Shown here piece by piece: positions 9,171 through 18,992 of a stretch of DNA of 64,000 bases. How positions within the stretch are numbered: the stretch's first letter is position 1; every line of letters starts with the position of its first letter. The translations under genes were made by a program, and so were the position numbers. This DNA comes from Clostridiales bacterium (lineage in GTDB: Bacteria > Bacillota > Clostridia > Saccharofermentanales > Saccharofermentanaceae): NCBI GenBank assembly GCA_017513085.1, contig JAFWDK010000027.1, forward strand, positions 128,001 to 192,000. Direction: 5' to 3'. Under the pieces are notes generated by a model. It did no database searches. It was not told the DNA's origin and saw only the letters and a list, made by a program, of their open reading frames with translations.

Positions 9171-10175
9171 TCAAAATTCAACCATGGGATATTGTACCAC
9201 GATTTGGAACCCTTTTCCCGTCTCCGAAGCAACATCCAGGGAAAATTTCATGTCATCCGCCATTTTTTTGACCAGATAAAGGCCCATGCCGGTAGCTTTC
9301 TTTCTCACAGCGCCCGTATCGCCCGTAAAACCGCGTTCAAAAATATAAGGAAGATCGCACTGCTTGACACCGATGCCGTTGTCCGAAATGACCAGTTTGT
9401 CGGGGCCTTCGGGAGCAAACTTCAGTTGAGGATCCTCGGAGGAATACTTGATGGCATTACTCACGATCTGCCCGAGAATAAAATGAAGCGCGCGCCGATC
9501 CGAAAAAACCAGTTCCACACCCAGCTCATTGATCACGGTAAAGTTCTTCTCGGATAGAAGCGGGCGGTAATCCTCGATCACTTCGTCCACGGCCTCTTTC
9601 AAGGAAAGCTTTTCGAAAAGATAATCCTTCCGCTCACCCTTGACGCGTGCATATTGGAGCATCTGCTCCACGGATTCGCTGAGATTACTGCGGATAAATT
9701 CGATTTTGTAGGCCATCTCCGGCGGCATGGTATCCCTGTTATTGTCTAGGATCATGGTCAAAAGCGCGATCGGCGTTTTCGCCTCGTGCGCCCACTTCTC
9801 CACGTACTCCTCATATTCTTCATTCTGGGAGATCAAAGTGCTCTTCTGAGTCTCATTCTTATCCAGAAGGTCCAGCAGCACTTTCATGCGTTCTTTCGAA
9901 AAACCACGATGACGGGAAACCAGTATCTCGGCCTTTGCTTTTTCAGGATCCTGCAGGTAATCGGAAAAAGCTCTTGCGATCCGCTTCTCTCGTCCCCAGA
10001 GGAAAGCGCACACCGCTGCAAAAGAAAGAATGGTAAAGAGCACCAGGGCAAGACTCAGGGTCACCAGGCTTCTGGCGTCCACCACCCAGAGCATACCGAC
10101 AAAAAATGCATCACAAAGAAGGAGATAGATCAGCCAGTGTATGTGTTCGTGGAGAACGAGAAAAAACTTCTTCAT
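9171..10175 (-). CDS. Intramembrane-sensing histidine kinase, BceS/GraS-like
   Basis: Two close TMs, WAHEAKTP H-box, SNAIKYS, DNGIG, GMGLYL; ATGA overlap with the regulator stop. Confidence 0.9.
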   Translation of the reverse strand: MKKFFLVLHEHIHWLIYLLLCDAFFVGMLWVVDARSLVTLSLALVLFTILSFAAVCAFLWGREKRIARAFSDYLQDPEKAKAEILVSRHRGFSKERMKVLLDLLDKNETQKSTLISQNEEYEEYVEKWAHEAKTPIALLTMILDNNRDTMPPEMAYKIEFIRSNLSESVEQMLQYARVKGERKDYLFEKLSLKEAVDEVIEDYRPLLSEKNFTVINELGVELVFSDRRALHFILGQIVSNAIKYSSEDPQLKFAPEGPDKLVISDNGIGVKQCDLPYIFERGFTGDTGAVRKKATGMGLYLVKKMADDMKFSLDVASETGKGFQIVVQYPMVEF

Positions 10176-10858
10176 GCGTCCCCCTCCGTCTCCACGGCGC
10201 AAAGGCGGTATCCCACGCCCCGCTCGGGCACGATGGAAAGCTTCATGGAAAGGCCGTTCATCGTTTTCTTTAATCTCGTCAGGTTCACCTGCAACGCATT
10301 TTCATCGATAAACTCGCTCGTTCCCCAGACCGCTTCGCAGATGGTTTCTTTCGTCACCACATTGCCCATGTCCAGCATCAGGCTTTCCAGGATCTTTCCC
10401 TGATTCTTCGGTAAAAGCACTGACCGGTTGTCGATATAGAGGGTAAATGTCCCGCGGTCCAGAAGAAATCCCGGCCCCTCGAGCATGTTGCTTCTTCCTT
10501 CGTAGCGCTTGAGAACGTTGGCGATCCGGGCCAGAAGGCGCTCTTTCCGGTATGGTTTCGTGATAAATTCATCAGCGCCCAGCTCCAGTGCAAGAAGTTC
10601 ATCACGCAACTGATCCCGGGAGGTCAGGATGACCACCGGGACCGCACTTTTATTCTTCACTTCACGACAGATCTGAAAGCCACTCTTCTCCGGGAGATTG
10701 ATATCCAGAAGCAGAAGATCCGGCGGATCGCTTAGGATGCTCTCCGTCACGCAGGTAAAATCGGAGAGGACGGAAACACTGTACCGTTCCTTTTCGAGCA
10801 TGGTGCGAAGCTCCTCCGCCACCATCTTTTCATCTTCGACTACCGCGATCCGCTTCAT
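10172..10858 (-). CDS. OmpR-family response regulator, BceR-like
   Basis: VVEDE, LLDINLP, GADEFITKP, ENALQVNLTRL, RGVGY. Confidence 0.93.
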   Translation of the reverse strand: MKRIAVVEDEKMVAEELRTMLEKERYSVSVLSDFTCVTESILSDPPDLLLLDINLPEKSGFQICREVKNKSAVPVVILTSRDQLRDELLALELGADEFITKPYRKERLLARIANVLKRYEGRSNMLEGPGFLLDRGTFTLYIDNRSVLLPKNQGKILESLMLDMGNVVTKETICEAVWGTSEFIDENALQVNLTRLKKTMNGLSMKLSIVPERGVGYRLCAVETEGDA

Positions 10859-10935
10859 GAACAGGTCTTCCTTTCTGCACCGCCTGATCCCGCCTCCACC
10901 GCACGGAAAGTCCGGCGGAAGCGCTTCTTGGCGTA

Positions 10936-12981
10936 TTACTCCTCTCTTTCCGGAGTCATCAGGGTCTCCAGGAATCTCGAGCTCGAACGCTTGACGAGGA
11001 ACATATACACATATTCTATCAGACCGAACAAGGCAATCACAATCAGGACCACAGGAATCATGTCCGACATGCTGACTTTTGTCCGACTGGAAAGGATCGC
11101 GTTAAAGAGCGCACGGGTCGCAAAGTACGCACTGGCGCAGGCGACGAATATCGGAATGCCGAAATACCAGTTGATCTGCTTCTTACTACTCTTGTACAGC
11201 GTCTTGTGGTCTGCACCGAGCTTCACCAGTGTACGGTAACGGCGGGCCGAACGCTTCTGTCCCATGAGGAACTGTACCGCCAGGATCGTGTTGGCCACTA
11301 CGAGGAAGATCATGGCCAGATAAAGTGTCACATAGCTGGCGGCAACCAGGTAGAACAGCTGACGGCCCATGTTCTGCAGATAACTTTCGTACACGATCGG
11401 ATAGGTGTCCAGCTTCTCATTGATCTCGGTATAGACTTTGACCTGATCGTCTTTCTTATATCTGGTTCTGTCAAGGATACCGTTAAGATATGTTTCTTCT
11501 TTTCCGTCCACAAACTTGTCGAAATCCGCATCCGGAACGATGAGCGCACCGGAAAGGGTGATGTATCGGTCGGTCACGATCGGCGCGTGCTGCACTTCGC
11601 CCGCCATGACATAGTCCTTATCCACCAGTTTGACATGTGGTCTTCTGGAAAGGATCTCATTGTCCTGCTCGTCGTTCCCGGCATAATCCTGGCTTCGATA
11701 AAGTCCGAGCTCACCCTTCTGCAGTACATAAGGTTCGTATCCCATGGCTTCGATGAGCCTGCAGTAATCCGAGTAGCGGATCATGAACGGGAACCCGTCG
11801 ATTCCGGCTCCCCTATAACGCGGATCCATCATTTCATATTCTTCACTATATATGCGGTTGAATTCGTCTCCGTCAAAAGCACTGTCGAAGTTTTCGTGTC
11901 CGGCAATATACGGGTGACCGAGTTTCAACGTGTCAAGGAAGGCAAATTCGTCTTCGATGCCGGCATCTTTGACATAGAACATCTGATCCTTCTGTTCGTT
12001 GAGGTCTGCAAAGGTATAGTCGACGCGCTTCTGATCGTACATGTTATACGACGTGAATGTACCGAATCCGGATGCCAGGCAGGCCACGGCCACCAGGATC
12101 AGAAGCGAACAGATCGCCAATGTTCCGGACTTGAAGATAACGGTATCTTCCACCTGACGGAAGTTGAAAACATGCAGTTTTTTGCTGCTGCCGATTCGTG
12201 CGATCCGGTCAATGATGACACGAAGTCCACGGAACAGAAGGATCGTTCCAATCAAACCGAGAAGCACTGTTTTACCAAGCGAATTGACGTTTTCCCATGC
12301 ATCGCCGTGGATACCGGAATAATAGGCACAGCACAGGATGACGGTTCCCATAACGAGGAAGATCACGTGCAGGATCGAGTTCTTTTTCATGCGGACATTA
12401 TCCGGGGCATCCTGAAGAAGCGTACCGACTTCTTTCCTGCTCAACTTGATGGCGTGGATGATGAAAGCCAGAAGTTTGACGCCCAGGAAGCCCAGCGCCG
12501 TGTACCCGACTGCTTCAAGGTTAAAGGTGATCTGGTGTCCGAGGAAGCCGATGCCCACCATCTTTACAGTAAGAAGGCTGATCAGTTCGGTGAGGAGTAC
12601 CGACACCGGAAGGCCGATGAGCAGGGCGATGGCACTGCTGCTGATGTCTTCGAGAAGGAGCATGCCAAGAAGTTTCATCCTCTTCATGCCCATCATAATG
12701 TAGACACCGAACTCGTGGCTTCGTCGCTCGATCTGATATTTACTGGCGAAGTAGATCAATGCGAATATGATAAAAAGCGTGAAGCCGTAAAGAACGACGA
12801 TCATGGCGAAAAGTTTCCTGATCGCGTCACTCTCCAGCGTCTGCAGGTAGCGCATGACGTCCTGGCTTGAAAGTGAAAGTACAACGTAAAATGCAATGAT
12901 CGACAGAATCAGAGAACCCATGAAAAGTGCGTTTTCTTTGTGGCTCCGGACGCTGTTGCGGAAGACAAGTTTAAAGAACAT
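10936..12981 (-). CDS. FtsX-like ABC permease, BceB type
   Basis: RRSHEFGVYIMMGM motif, about ten TMs with one large extracellular loop. Confidence 0.9.
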   Translation of the reverse strand: MFFKLVFRNSVRSHKENALFMGSLILSIIAFYVVLSLSSQDVMRYLQTLESDAIRKLFAMIVVLYGFTLFIIFALIYFASKYQIERRSHEFGVYIMMGMKRMKLLGMLLLEDISSSAIALLIGLPVSVLLTELISLLTVKMVGIGFLGHQITFNLEAVGYTALGFLGVKLLAFIIHAIKLSRKEVGTLLQDAPDNVRMKKNSILHVIFLVMGTVILCCAYYSGIHGDAWENVNSLGKTVLLGLIGTILLFRGLRVIIDRIARIGSSKKLHVFNFRQVEDTVIFKSGTLAICSLLILVAVACLASGFGTFTSYNMYDQKRVDYTFADLNEQKDQMFYVKDAGIEDEFAFLDTLKLGHPYIAGHENFDSAFDGDEFNRIYSEEYEMMDPRYRGAGIDGFPFMIRYSDYCRLIEAMGYEPYVLQKGELGLYRSQDYAGNDEQDNEILSRRPHVKLVDKDYVMAGEVQHAPIVTDRYITLSGALIVPDADFDKFVDGKEETYLNGILDRTRYKKDDQVKVYTEINEKLDTYPIVYESYLQNMGRQLFYLVAASYVTLYLAMIFLVVANTILAVQFLMGQKRSARRYRTLVKLGADHKTLYKSSKKQINWYFGIPIFVACASAYFATRALFNAILSSRTKVSMSDMIPVVLIVIALFGLIEYVYMFLVKRSSSRFLETLMTPEREE

Positions 12982-13735
12982 TGGCGCTTCCTCCTCCCAG
13001 CTGAGCCAGTACGTTCAGGATACGCTCGTAGAAATCCTGGCGGCTCTCCCCGTCATCTTTTCTGATCTCGTGGAAAAGCTTGCCATCCTGGATGAACATG
13101 ATCCGGTTGCAGAAACTTGCGGCATTGGAATCGTGGGTGACCATGAGGATCGTCGCACCATCCTCCTTGTTCAGGCCCTCAAGTTTCGTCATCAGTGCTT
13201 TTGCATTCTTAGAATCAAGAGCACCCGTCGGCTCATCGCAAAGGATCAGGCCAGGATTCAGGATCAGGGCACGTGCCGCGGCGATACGCTGCTTCTCACC
13301 ACCCGACATCTGGGACGGGAACTTATTTAAGATCTCGTTGATCTCCAGATAGGAAGTCAGCTTGTTCAATCGCTCGTCATCAACCTTGGCGCCGTGCAGG
13401 GAAACCGGAAGCAGGATGTTTTCCTTACCCGTCAGATTATCGATCAGTTCAAAGCTCTGAAAGAGATAACCCATCTGCTGGCCTCTGTATTTCGCCAGCG
13501 CCGAGCCGGAGAGCTTGTTGATCGCTGTCCCCTCCATCTCGATCGTACCCGCCGACGGCGAGATCACCGCTGCAATACAATTCAGGAGCGTGGACTTACC
13601 GGAACCTGATGCACCCATGATGCCCAGGAACTCACCCGGCATAACTTCAAATGAAATTCCATCGATCGCCTTTGTCTGGCTCTCGCCTTTTCCATAGTAT
13701 TTCTTCAACGACTCAATCTTCAAAACGGGTTGCAT
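12971..13735 (-). CDS. ABC ATP-binding protein, BceA type
   Basis: GASGSGKST, MSGGEKQR, DEPTGALD, VTHD. Confidence 0.93.
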   Translation of the reverse strand: MQPVLKIESLKKYYGKGESQTKAIDGISFEVMPGEFLGIMGASGSGKSTLLNCIAAVISPSAGTIEMEGTAINKLSGSALAKYRGQQMGYLFQSFELIDNLTGKENILLPVSLHGAKVDDERLNKLTSYLEINEILNKFPSQMSGGEKQRIAAARALILNPGLILCDEPTGALDSKNAKALMTKLEGLNKEDGATILMVTHDSNAASFCNRIMFIQDGKLFHEIRKDDGESRQDFYERILNVLAQLGGGSANVL

Positions 13736-13793
13736 AACAGAACCTCCCTTTCTTTCTTGAGTACATCGTAAAACAAGGGAGGCGGAAATACCA

Positions 13794-13810
13794 CTTACAT
13801 TGCGTGTAAG
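13794..13810. promoter_or_regulatory. Putative BceR-type binding palindrome upstream of the ABC operon
   Basis: CTTACA-TTGCG-TGTAAG ~60 nt upstream of the ATPase start; resembles TNACA-N4-TGTAA but with a 5-nt spacer. Confidence 0.55.
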
Positions 13811-13836
13811 GAAAATGGAAATAGCTAGACGGAAGA

Positions 13837-14454
13837 CTATATTGTCTGGAAAAACATGACAAAGCGGTATGTTCCGTCTTCATATTCATTGATATAGTAT
13901 TTCCTTGGGCAACCGAGAGAATATGGTCCGTATTTTCTTGAAACTTCATCCTCACTGATAATCGGAAGAAGATCATTTCTTACCTCATATTGTTTCACTT
14001 TCACTCCACGGATATCTTCGGTTTCCTCCGGAGCAGATCCGTGTGCCTGTAAGATGGCTGCTTCACATTCTTCCGGTAGATCACTACACATATCTTCGAT
14101 GCTTTTGTAAGCCAATGTCTCAACCATATATGCAGGATCACGATTACCGCGATTGGAATACAATTCGAAACAGTGCTTGGCCTCGGGAAGAAACATATAA
14201 TAGCTCCATCGCGTTTTATCTTCGGAAGAAAGACTTGTCTGTGCATACCATCTCGTATCCGTTTTAATGAAAGAAGCAAGGCAACTGTACATGCAGAAGC
14301 CGATAAATAAAAGAACGCAGATGCTCACAGACAGGAACCATTGTAGGCAGCCTTTTTTCATATCATACTCATCGTCCTGTCTTGCATGTCCTATTACAAA
14401 AATAAGAATTATGGCAAGCAATCCAACTCCCAAAACCGCCAAAAACATATTCAT
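13837..14454 (-). CDS. Hypothetical membrane protein (two N-terminal TMs)
   Basis: 205-aa ORF with RBS, two hydrophobic segments, AT-richer than flanks. Confidence 0.65.
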   Translation of the reverse strand: MNMFLAVLGVGLLAIILIFVIGHARQDDEYDMKKGCLQWFLSVSICVLLFIGFCMYSCLASFIKTDTRWYAQTSLSSEDKTRWSYYMFLPEAKHCFELYSNRGNRDPAYMVETLAYKSIEDMCSDLPEECEAAILQAHGSAPEETEDIRGVKVKQYEVRNDLLPIISEDEVSRKYGPYSLGCPRKYYINEYEDGTYRFVMFFQTI

Positions 14455-14680
14455 CCTTCTTTCTTATTCTTCAATGACCCGCGATTCCTAAAGATTACTG
14501 TATCTGATACGATAATAGCATGGTGCGTATTGAATTGCAATCATTTTTTATCGAAAAACGATATATTTTTGTTCTTTCTTAATATGTAGTTGTCAAGCAC
14601 GAATTAGACTTCCGGCTTGCAATAGAGGAACAAGAAATCTATATACGATCGTTCACTGTCTTACTGGTTTTCGGTCTTCT

Positions 14681-15586
14681 TTACATACGAGGACGACAAT
14701 GCTTTTTCTCCGTGCTACTGAGCACGATTCCCGCAAGTACCAGCAAAACGCCGACCGCCACACTCCAGGTCATGGATTCTCCGAACCAGAGTATTCCGTT
14801 CAATGTCGCGACAACAGGTTCGATCGAGGCAATGATCGAAGCCTGCCCGTTTTCGACTTTTTTCAGACCGATCGTGTAGACCAGATACGGAAGGACCGTC
14901 GAAACCAAAACAAAAGTCACAGCCAAAGCGATGCCCGACCCGGAAAGCGTCACTACGTTCCAGACCTTTTGCGGCTTCGCGAAAAGCACTGTCCCGAAGC
15001 TTGCAAAGAGAAAAGTATAGAAGCTGATCGTGGAGGATTCATATCCTCTTTCCAGCGCATATCGTCCGAATATAGAATATAGCGCGTATCCGAGTCCGGC
15101 GCCCAAACCGATGAGAACGGCTTTCCCTGTCAGACGATCCGTGCCACCGATCACGCCGGTTACAAAGACAAGTCCCAGAAAAGAAAGAAAAAGCGCCACC
15201 AGTTTTCTGCCGGTAAGTTTTTCCTTAAAACAGAATGCCGAGATGACCATTACAAAAGCCGGTGCCGTATAAAGCAGGATCGCCGCTACGGACAAAGATG
15301 TGATCGTGATCTCCGTAAAATAGCAGAGATTGAAAAACACGATACTAAGAAGCCCCGTTCCGAGGAAGCACCAGATATCTTTCCACTTGATGCGGAAGAG
15401 TTTCTTATCCCGAAAAAGAAGGAACAATGCCATGAAGACGGTGGTCCATGAAGCACGGAGAAATACGATATCCCAGGATGAAAGGCCGTTCTTATTCAGT
15501 GGTCGGACAAAAAGCCCCATACATCCCCAGAGGATGCCCGCCAAAAGTATGAGGAGCTTACTCCCAATGTTCTTCTTCGAAGTCAT
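14681..15586 (-). CDS. EamA/DMT family transporter
   Basis: Ten TMs, AAILLYTAP, ASIIASIEPV. Confidence 0.9.
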   Translation of the reverse strand: MTSKKNIGSKLLILLAGILWGCMGLFVRPLNKNGLSSWDIVFLRASWTTVFMALFLLFRDKKLFRIKWKDIWCFLGTGLLSIVFFNLCYFTEITITSLSVAAILLYTAPAFVMVISAFCFKEKLTGRKLVALFLSFLGLVFVTGVIGGTDRLTGKAVLIGLGAGLGYALYSIFGRYALERGYESSTISFYTFLFASFGTVLFAKPQKVWNVVTLSGSGIALAVTFVLVSTVLPYLVYTIGLKKVENGQASIIASIEPVVATLNGILWFGESMTWSVAVGVLLVLAGIVLSSTEKKHCRPRM

Positions 15587-15608
15587 CTAAAGATCACCTT
15601 AGCAAAAA

Positions 15609-16676
15609 TCACCCGACGATCGTCCCTCCTCCCAGGACTTCGTCTCCGTCATAGAAGACAGCGGCCTGGCCGGGAGTGATCGCGCGGATCGGTTCATCAA
15701 ATACAAGACGGACTTTGCCATCTTCCATAGGAACGGCAGTTGCCCACTGCTCTTTCTGGTGATAGCGGAGCTTGGCCTGCACACGAACCGGCTCGGCCGG
15801 AATCTCTCCCGAGATCCAGTTGACATCGTCGATCAGGGCTTCGGTATTCCGTAGATCTTCGTCGTAGACAAGGATGACACGGTTGTTTTCCACGTCGAGG
15901 CGGGATACATACATTGGAGCAGGAAGGGCTAATCCGAGGCCTCTACGCTGTCCCGGTGTGTACGCAACGATTCCTTTGTGCGTACCCAAAACCTTCCCGT
16001 CTTTATCTACAAAATCACCGCTCGGGTATTCTTTGCCGGTAGTCTTCTTCAGGAAGGAAACATAGTCTCCGTCAGGCACAAAGCAGATGTCCTGGCTCTC
16101 ACGTTTTTCTGCATTGATCATGCCGGCTTCGCGGGCCTTCTCACGGACTTCGCTTTTTTGCAGATCGCCAAGCGGGAAGACTGTGTGTGCCAACTGTTCC
16201 TGCGTTAAGGTATACAGAACATAACTCTGGTCTTTCGAATCATCCAGTGCTTTTAGCAAATGATAACGTCCGTCACGTTCTTCGATACGGGCGTAGTGAC
16301 CGGTCACGATCACATCGCACTTCAAGACCTGGGCACGCTCATAGAGCTTGCCGAATTTAAGATAGCGGTTGCAGTCGATGCACGGATTCGGGGTGCGGCC
16401 ATGCTCATAGCAGTCGACGAATTTGCCGATCACTTTCTCTTTGAACTCATCTTTGAAGTTGAAAACATAATACGGAATGCCCAGATGACGGCAAACACTG
16501 GCCGCATCCTCGACATCATCGAGTGAACAGCAGGTCTTGGGATTCGCCACGACGATATCTTCGTTGCTGTATAGCTTCATGGTGCAGCCGATACAGGAAT
16601 AGCCACGTTCCAGCATGATCTTGGCAGCCAGGGAAGAATCCACGCCACCGCTCATTGCGATCAGTGCACTGCTCAT
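15609..16676 (-). CDS. mnmA: tRNA 2-thiouridylase MnmA
   Basis: SGGVDS, TPNPCIDCN, TGHYA, KDQSY, ESQDICF, TPGQ. Confidence 0.97.
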   Translation of the reverse strand: MSSALIAMSGGVDSSLAAKIMLERGYSCIGCTMKLYSNEDIVVANPKTCCSLDDVEDAASVCRHLGIPYYVFNFKDEFKEKVIGKFVDCYEHGRTPNPCIDCNRYLKFGKLYERAQVLKCDVIVTGHYARIEERDGRYHLLKALDDSKDQSYVLYTLTQEQLAHTVFPLGDLQKSEVREKAREAGMINAEKRESQDICFVPDGDYVSFLKKTTGKEYPSGDFVDKDGKVLGTHKGIVAYTPGQRRGLGLALPAPMYVSRLDVENNRVILVYDEDLRNTEALIDDVNWISGEIPAEPVRVQAKLRYHQKEQWATAVPMEDGKVRLVFDEPIRAITPGQAAVFYDGDEVLGGGTIVG

Positions 16677-17590
16677 TTTCCAAGCCTCAGCATCTCATCG
16701 ATACATCTTCTGGAAGATGTGATCAAATCGTCGCTCATGACGATCTCCTCGCCACCGATTCCCAGCACGGTTCGGTAAACATCCACCAGTGTCGTGGCCT
16801 GCATATTATGGCAGACACAGTCTTTCGACAGAGCGTAGAAGCTCTTGTCCGGACAATCAAACTGAAGGTGTTCCACAATACTGTTCTCCGTAGCGATGAT
16901 GAATTCTTTCTTATCGCTCTTCTTGGCATAACTCATGATCTCGGTCGTGCTTCCGACGAAATCCGCATGTGCCACGATCTCCGGACGGCTCTCCGGATGC
17001 ATCAGGATCTCCGCGTCAGGATGTGCTGCGCGCGCAGTTTCAATATCGTTCATGGTAAAACGCAGATGTGTCGGACATCCGCCATGTATCAGTTGCAGTT
17101 TCTTCTCAGGAACCTGCTTGGCGATCCAATCGCCGAGGTTACAATCCGGAACGAAAAGGATCTTATCGTTATCGATATTGCGGATGATCTTGACTGCCGA
17201 CGACGAAGTCACGCAGACATCGCACTTTGTCTTCAGTTCCGCAGTAGTATTGATATACGCCACGACCGTGTGGTCAGGGTATTCTTTCTTCAGCGCAGCA
17301 AGCATCTCAGGATCCAGCTGCTCCGCCATCGGACAGCCGGCTGTGGCATTGGCCAGATAAACGTTTTTCGAAGGAGACAAAGTCTTCACAGTCTCCGCCA
17401 TAAAACGCACACCGCACATGATCACCTTATCCTGCGGGACTTTGGCCGCTTCCTGCGAAAGACCAAAAGAATCGCCGATAAAATCGGCGACTTCCCAGAT
17501 ATCGTGGCGCTGGTAGGCATGCGCCAGGATACAGATCCCGCGTGCCTTCTTCTCCTTTATGATCGCATCTTGAAGTTCCCGAACTGTCAT
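16673..17590 (-). CDS. nadA: Quinolinate synthase NadA
   Basis: LAHAYQ, GDSFGLS, CGVRFMAE, AGCPMA, YINT, GCPTH, HPE, CHNM. Confidence 0.96.
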   Translation of the reverse strand: MTVRELQDAIIKEKKARGICILAHAYQRHDIWEVADFIGDSFGLSQEAAKVPQDKVIMCGVRFMAETVKTLSPSKNVYLANATAGCPMAEQLDPEMLAALKKEYPDHTVVAYINTTAELKTKCDVCVTSSSAVKIIRNIDNDKILFVPDCNLGDWIAKQVPEKKLQLIHGGCPTHLRFTMNDIETARAAHPDAEILMHPESRPEIVAHADFVGSTTEIMSYAKKSDKKEFIIATENSIVEHLQFDCPDKSFYALSKDCVCHNMQATTLVDVYRTVLGIGGEEIVMSDDLITSSRRCIDEMLRLGK

Positions 17591-17614
17591 ACTCCACTCC
17601 CCTTGCGTGATCCG

Positions 17615-18274
17615 TCAACCTTCGATAAACATCGGGAAATAACTCTCGATATCGTCGAAGAATTTTTTCAGGTGGATAAGGTCCGTCGCCGCCCGATGTA
17701 CCGTGATGGCGATCGGAAGATACTTTCTTCCGTTCTCTTCCACGACCTTGCACATATCGACAGTCGGGAAGAAATAATCCTTCATGTCGTGAAGATCAAC
17801 AGAAAAACCGTCAAAAGAAAACCACGGATTAAAGCACACGTTATAGCTGTTCGTCGGCGGCATACCCTTCATGGCAAACACACCCTTGCTGTTGCCGTAT
17901 TTTTCCAGATCAGAAAGGAACTTCTCATTGAAAACGGCGAAGTCCTCATCGTACTCTGTCCAAAGGATCGTACTCGTTTCATCATCTTCATGGAAGACCG
18001 GATAAGCAGGATTCAGATAGTTCCACCAGCCGATCTGACCATCCTTATACGCCACACTCAACTCACCCTGATTGTTGATCGCACGGGTCACCATGTAATA
18101 GAACACCACATCCTGGCGGTAACCCTTCTTCTCGATCGCCGGAAGAAGATCCGTAACGTCGATCTTACGGTTCAAAGAGATATTGTACGGAAACATCTTC
18201 GCATAGTAGTGAAAATGCTGGGCTCTGGCCCATGTAGCCTGGTCATACGTGAAAAACTGCGATTTCATAAACAC
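17615..18274 (-). CDS. Chloramphenicol acetyltransferase (CatA) fold protein lacking the catalytic His
   Basis: WARAQHF, YPVFH, PWFSF, LPIAITVHRAATD (canonical VHHAVCDG). Confidence 0.8.
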   Translation of the reverse strand: MFMKSQFFTYDQATWARAQHFHYYAKMFPYNISLNRKIDVTDLLPAIEKKGYRQDVVFYYMVTRAINNQGELSVAYKDGQIGWWNYLNPAYPVFHEDDETSTILWTEYDEDFAVFNEKFLSDLEKYGNSKGVFAMKGMPPTNSYNVCFNPWFSFDGFSVDLHDMKDYFFPTVDMCKVVEENGRKYLPIAITVHRAATDLIHLKKFFDDIESYFPMFIEG

Positions 18275-18783
18275 TCCTCAATATGGTCGACGGACATCAC
18301 CTGCGCATAGCGGTGATTCCAGATTTCGTAGCTATAGTAATGGTAGAGCTCCTCGCCGGAAAGATAACGGTTATCGAAAGTCGTATGGCCGCCTCGCGGA
18401 ACGATGACCTCATAACCATATTCAAAAGCAACCTTGATCGTCGCATCCACACAAAAATCCGTCTGCATGCCGGTCACGATCAATCTGGTCACCCCGCGTT
18501 CATCAAGATATTCCCGAAGTTCCGTCTCGCGAAAAGCACTGTTGTACTTCTTGTTGATGATCTTCTCTCCCGGCTTCGGTGCCACGGAAGAGCAGATCTC
18601 AAATCCATTCTCCCCAGGAACAAGAGTATTGTCCTCATGGCGGATAAAGATCACTTCAATGCCTCTTGACCTGCAGATCTCCTGCATTTTGGAGATCGTC
18701 TTGACCAGACGTTTCTCATCGTAAGGATGCTCGAGGATCAGAGCATTCTGCATATCTACTACCAACATTGCAGTCTTTCCCAT
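18265..18783 (-). CDS. Cysteine hydrolase, isochorismatase family
   Basis: VVDMQN, KKYNSAF, GMQTDFCVDAT give the Asp-Lys-Cys triad. Confidence 0.9.
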   Translation of the reverse strand: MGKTAMLVVDMQNALILEHPYDEKRLVKTISKMQEICRSRGIEVIFIRHEDNTLVPGENGFEICSSVAPKPGEKIINKKYNSAFRETELREYLDERGVTRLIVTGMQTDFCVDATIKVAFEYGYEVIVPRGGHTTFDNRYLSGEELYHYYSYEIWNHRYAQVMSVDHIEECL

Positions 18784-18913
18784 AAAGAATACTTCCTTTC
18801 TAAGGGGCTCGATTTTTCTACGCACTTACTATACCACATTTTTCCCAACTATTCTCGCGTTTTCAGGGAATCTTCGAAAGAGATTTTGCCCTGGCGAAAA
18901 AAGTCAAAAAAAT

Positions 18914-18946
18914 GAGGCTGCACCACATTATTTCGGGTACAGCCTC
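18914..18946 (-). terminator. Probable intrinsic terminator after the epimerase gene
   Basis: GAGGCTG...CAGCCTC hairpin with an A-run on the left (U-tail on the minus strand). Confidence 0.55.
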
Positions 18947-18992
18947 CAGGAACAAGGAAGTAGAGGATTAATCGGGGGTAAATGCTTTGCTG

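Noticed and set aside
11206-12870. 554-aa plus-strand ORF
   Set aside because: Antisense shadow of the BceB-type permease with no recognisable motifs
17615-18274. Chloramphenicol resistance gene call
   Set aside because: Catalytic His is absent and the context is chromosomal housekeeping
16655-18310. 551-aa plus-strand ORF spanning nadA and the CAT-like gene
   Set aside because: Antisense shadow caused by codon bias of two same-frame minus-strand genes; no RBS or domain
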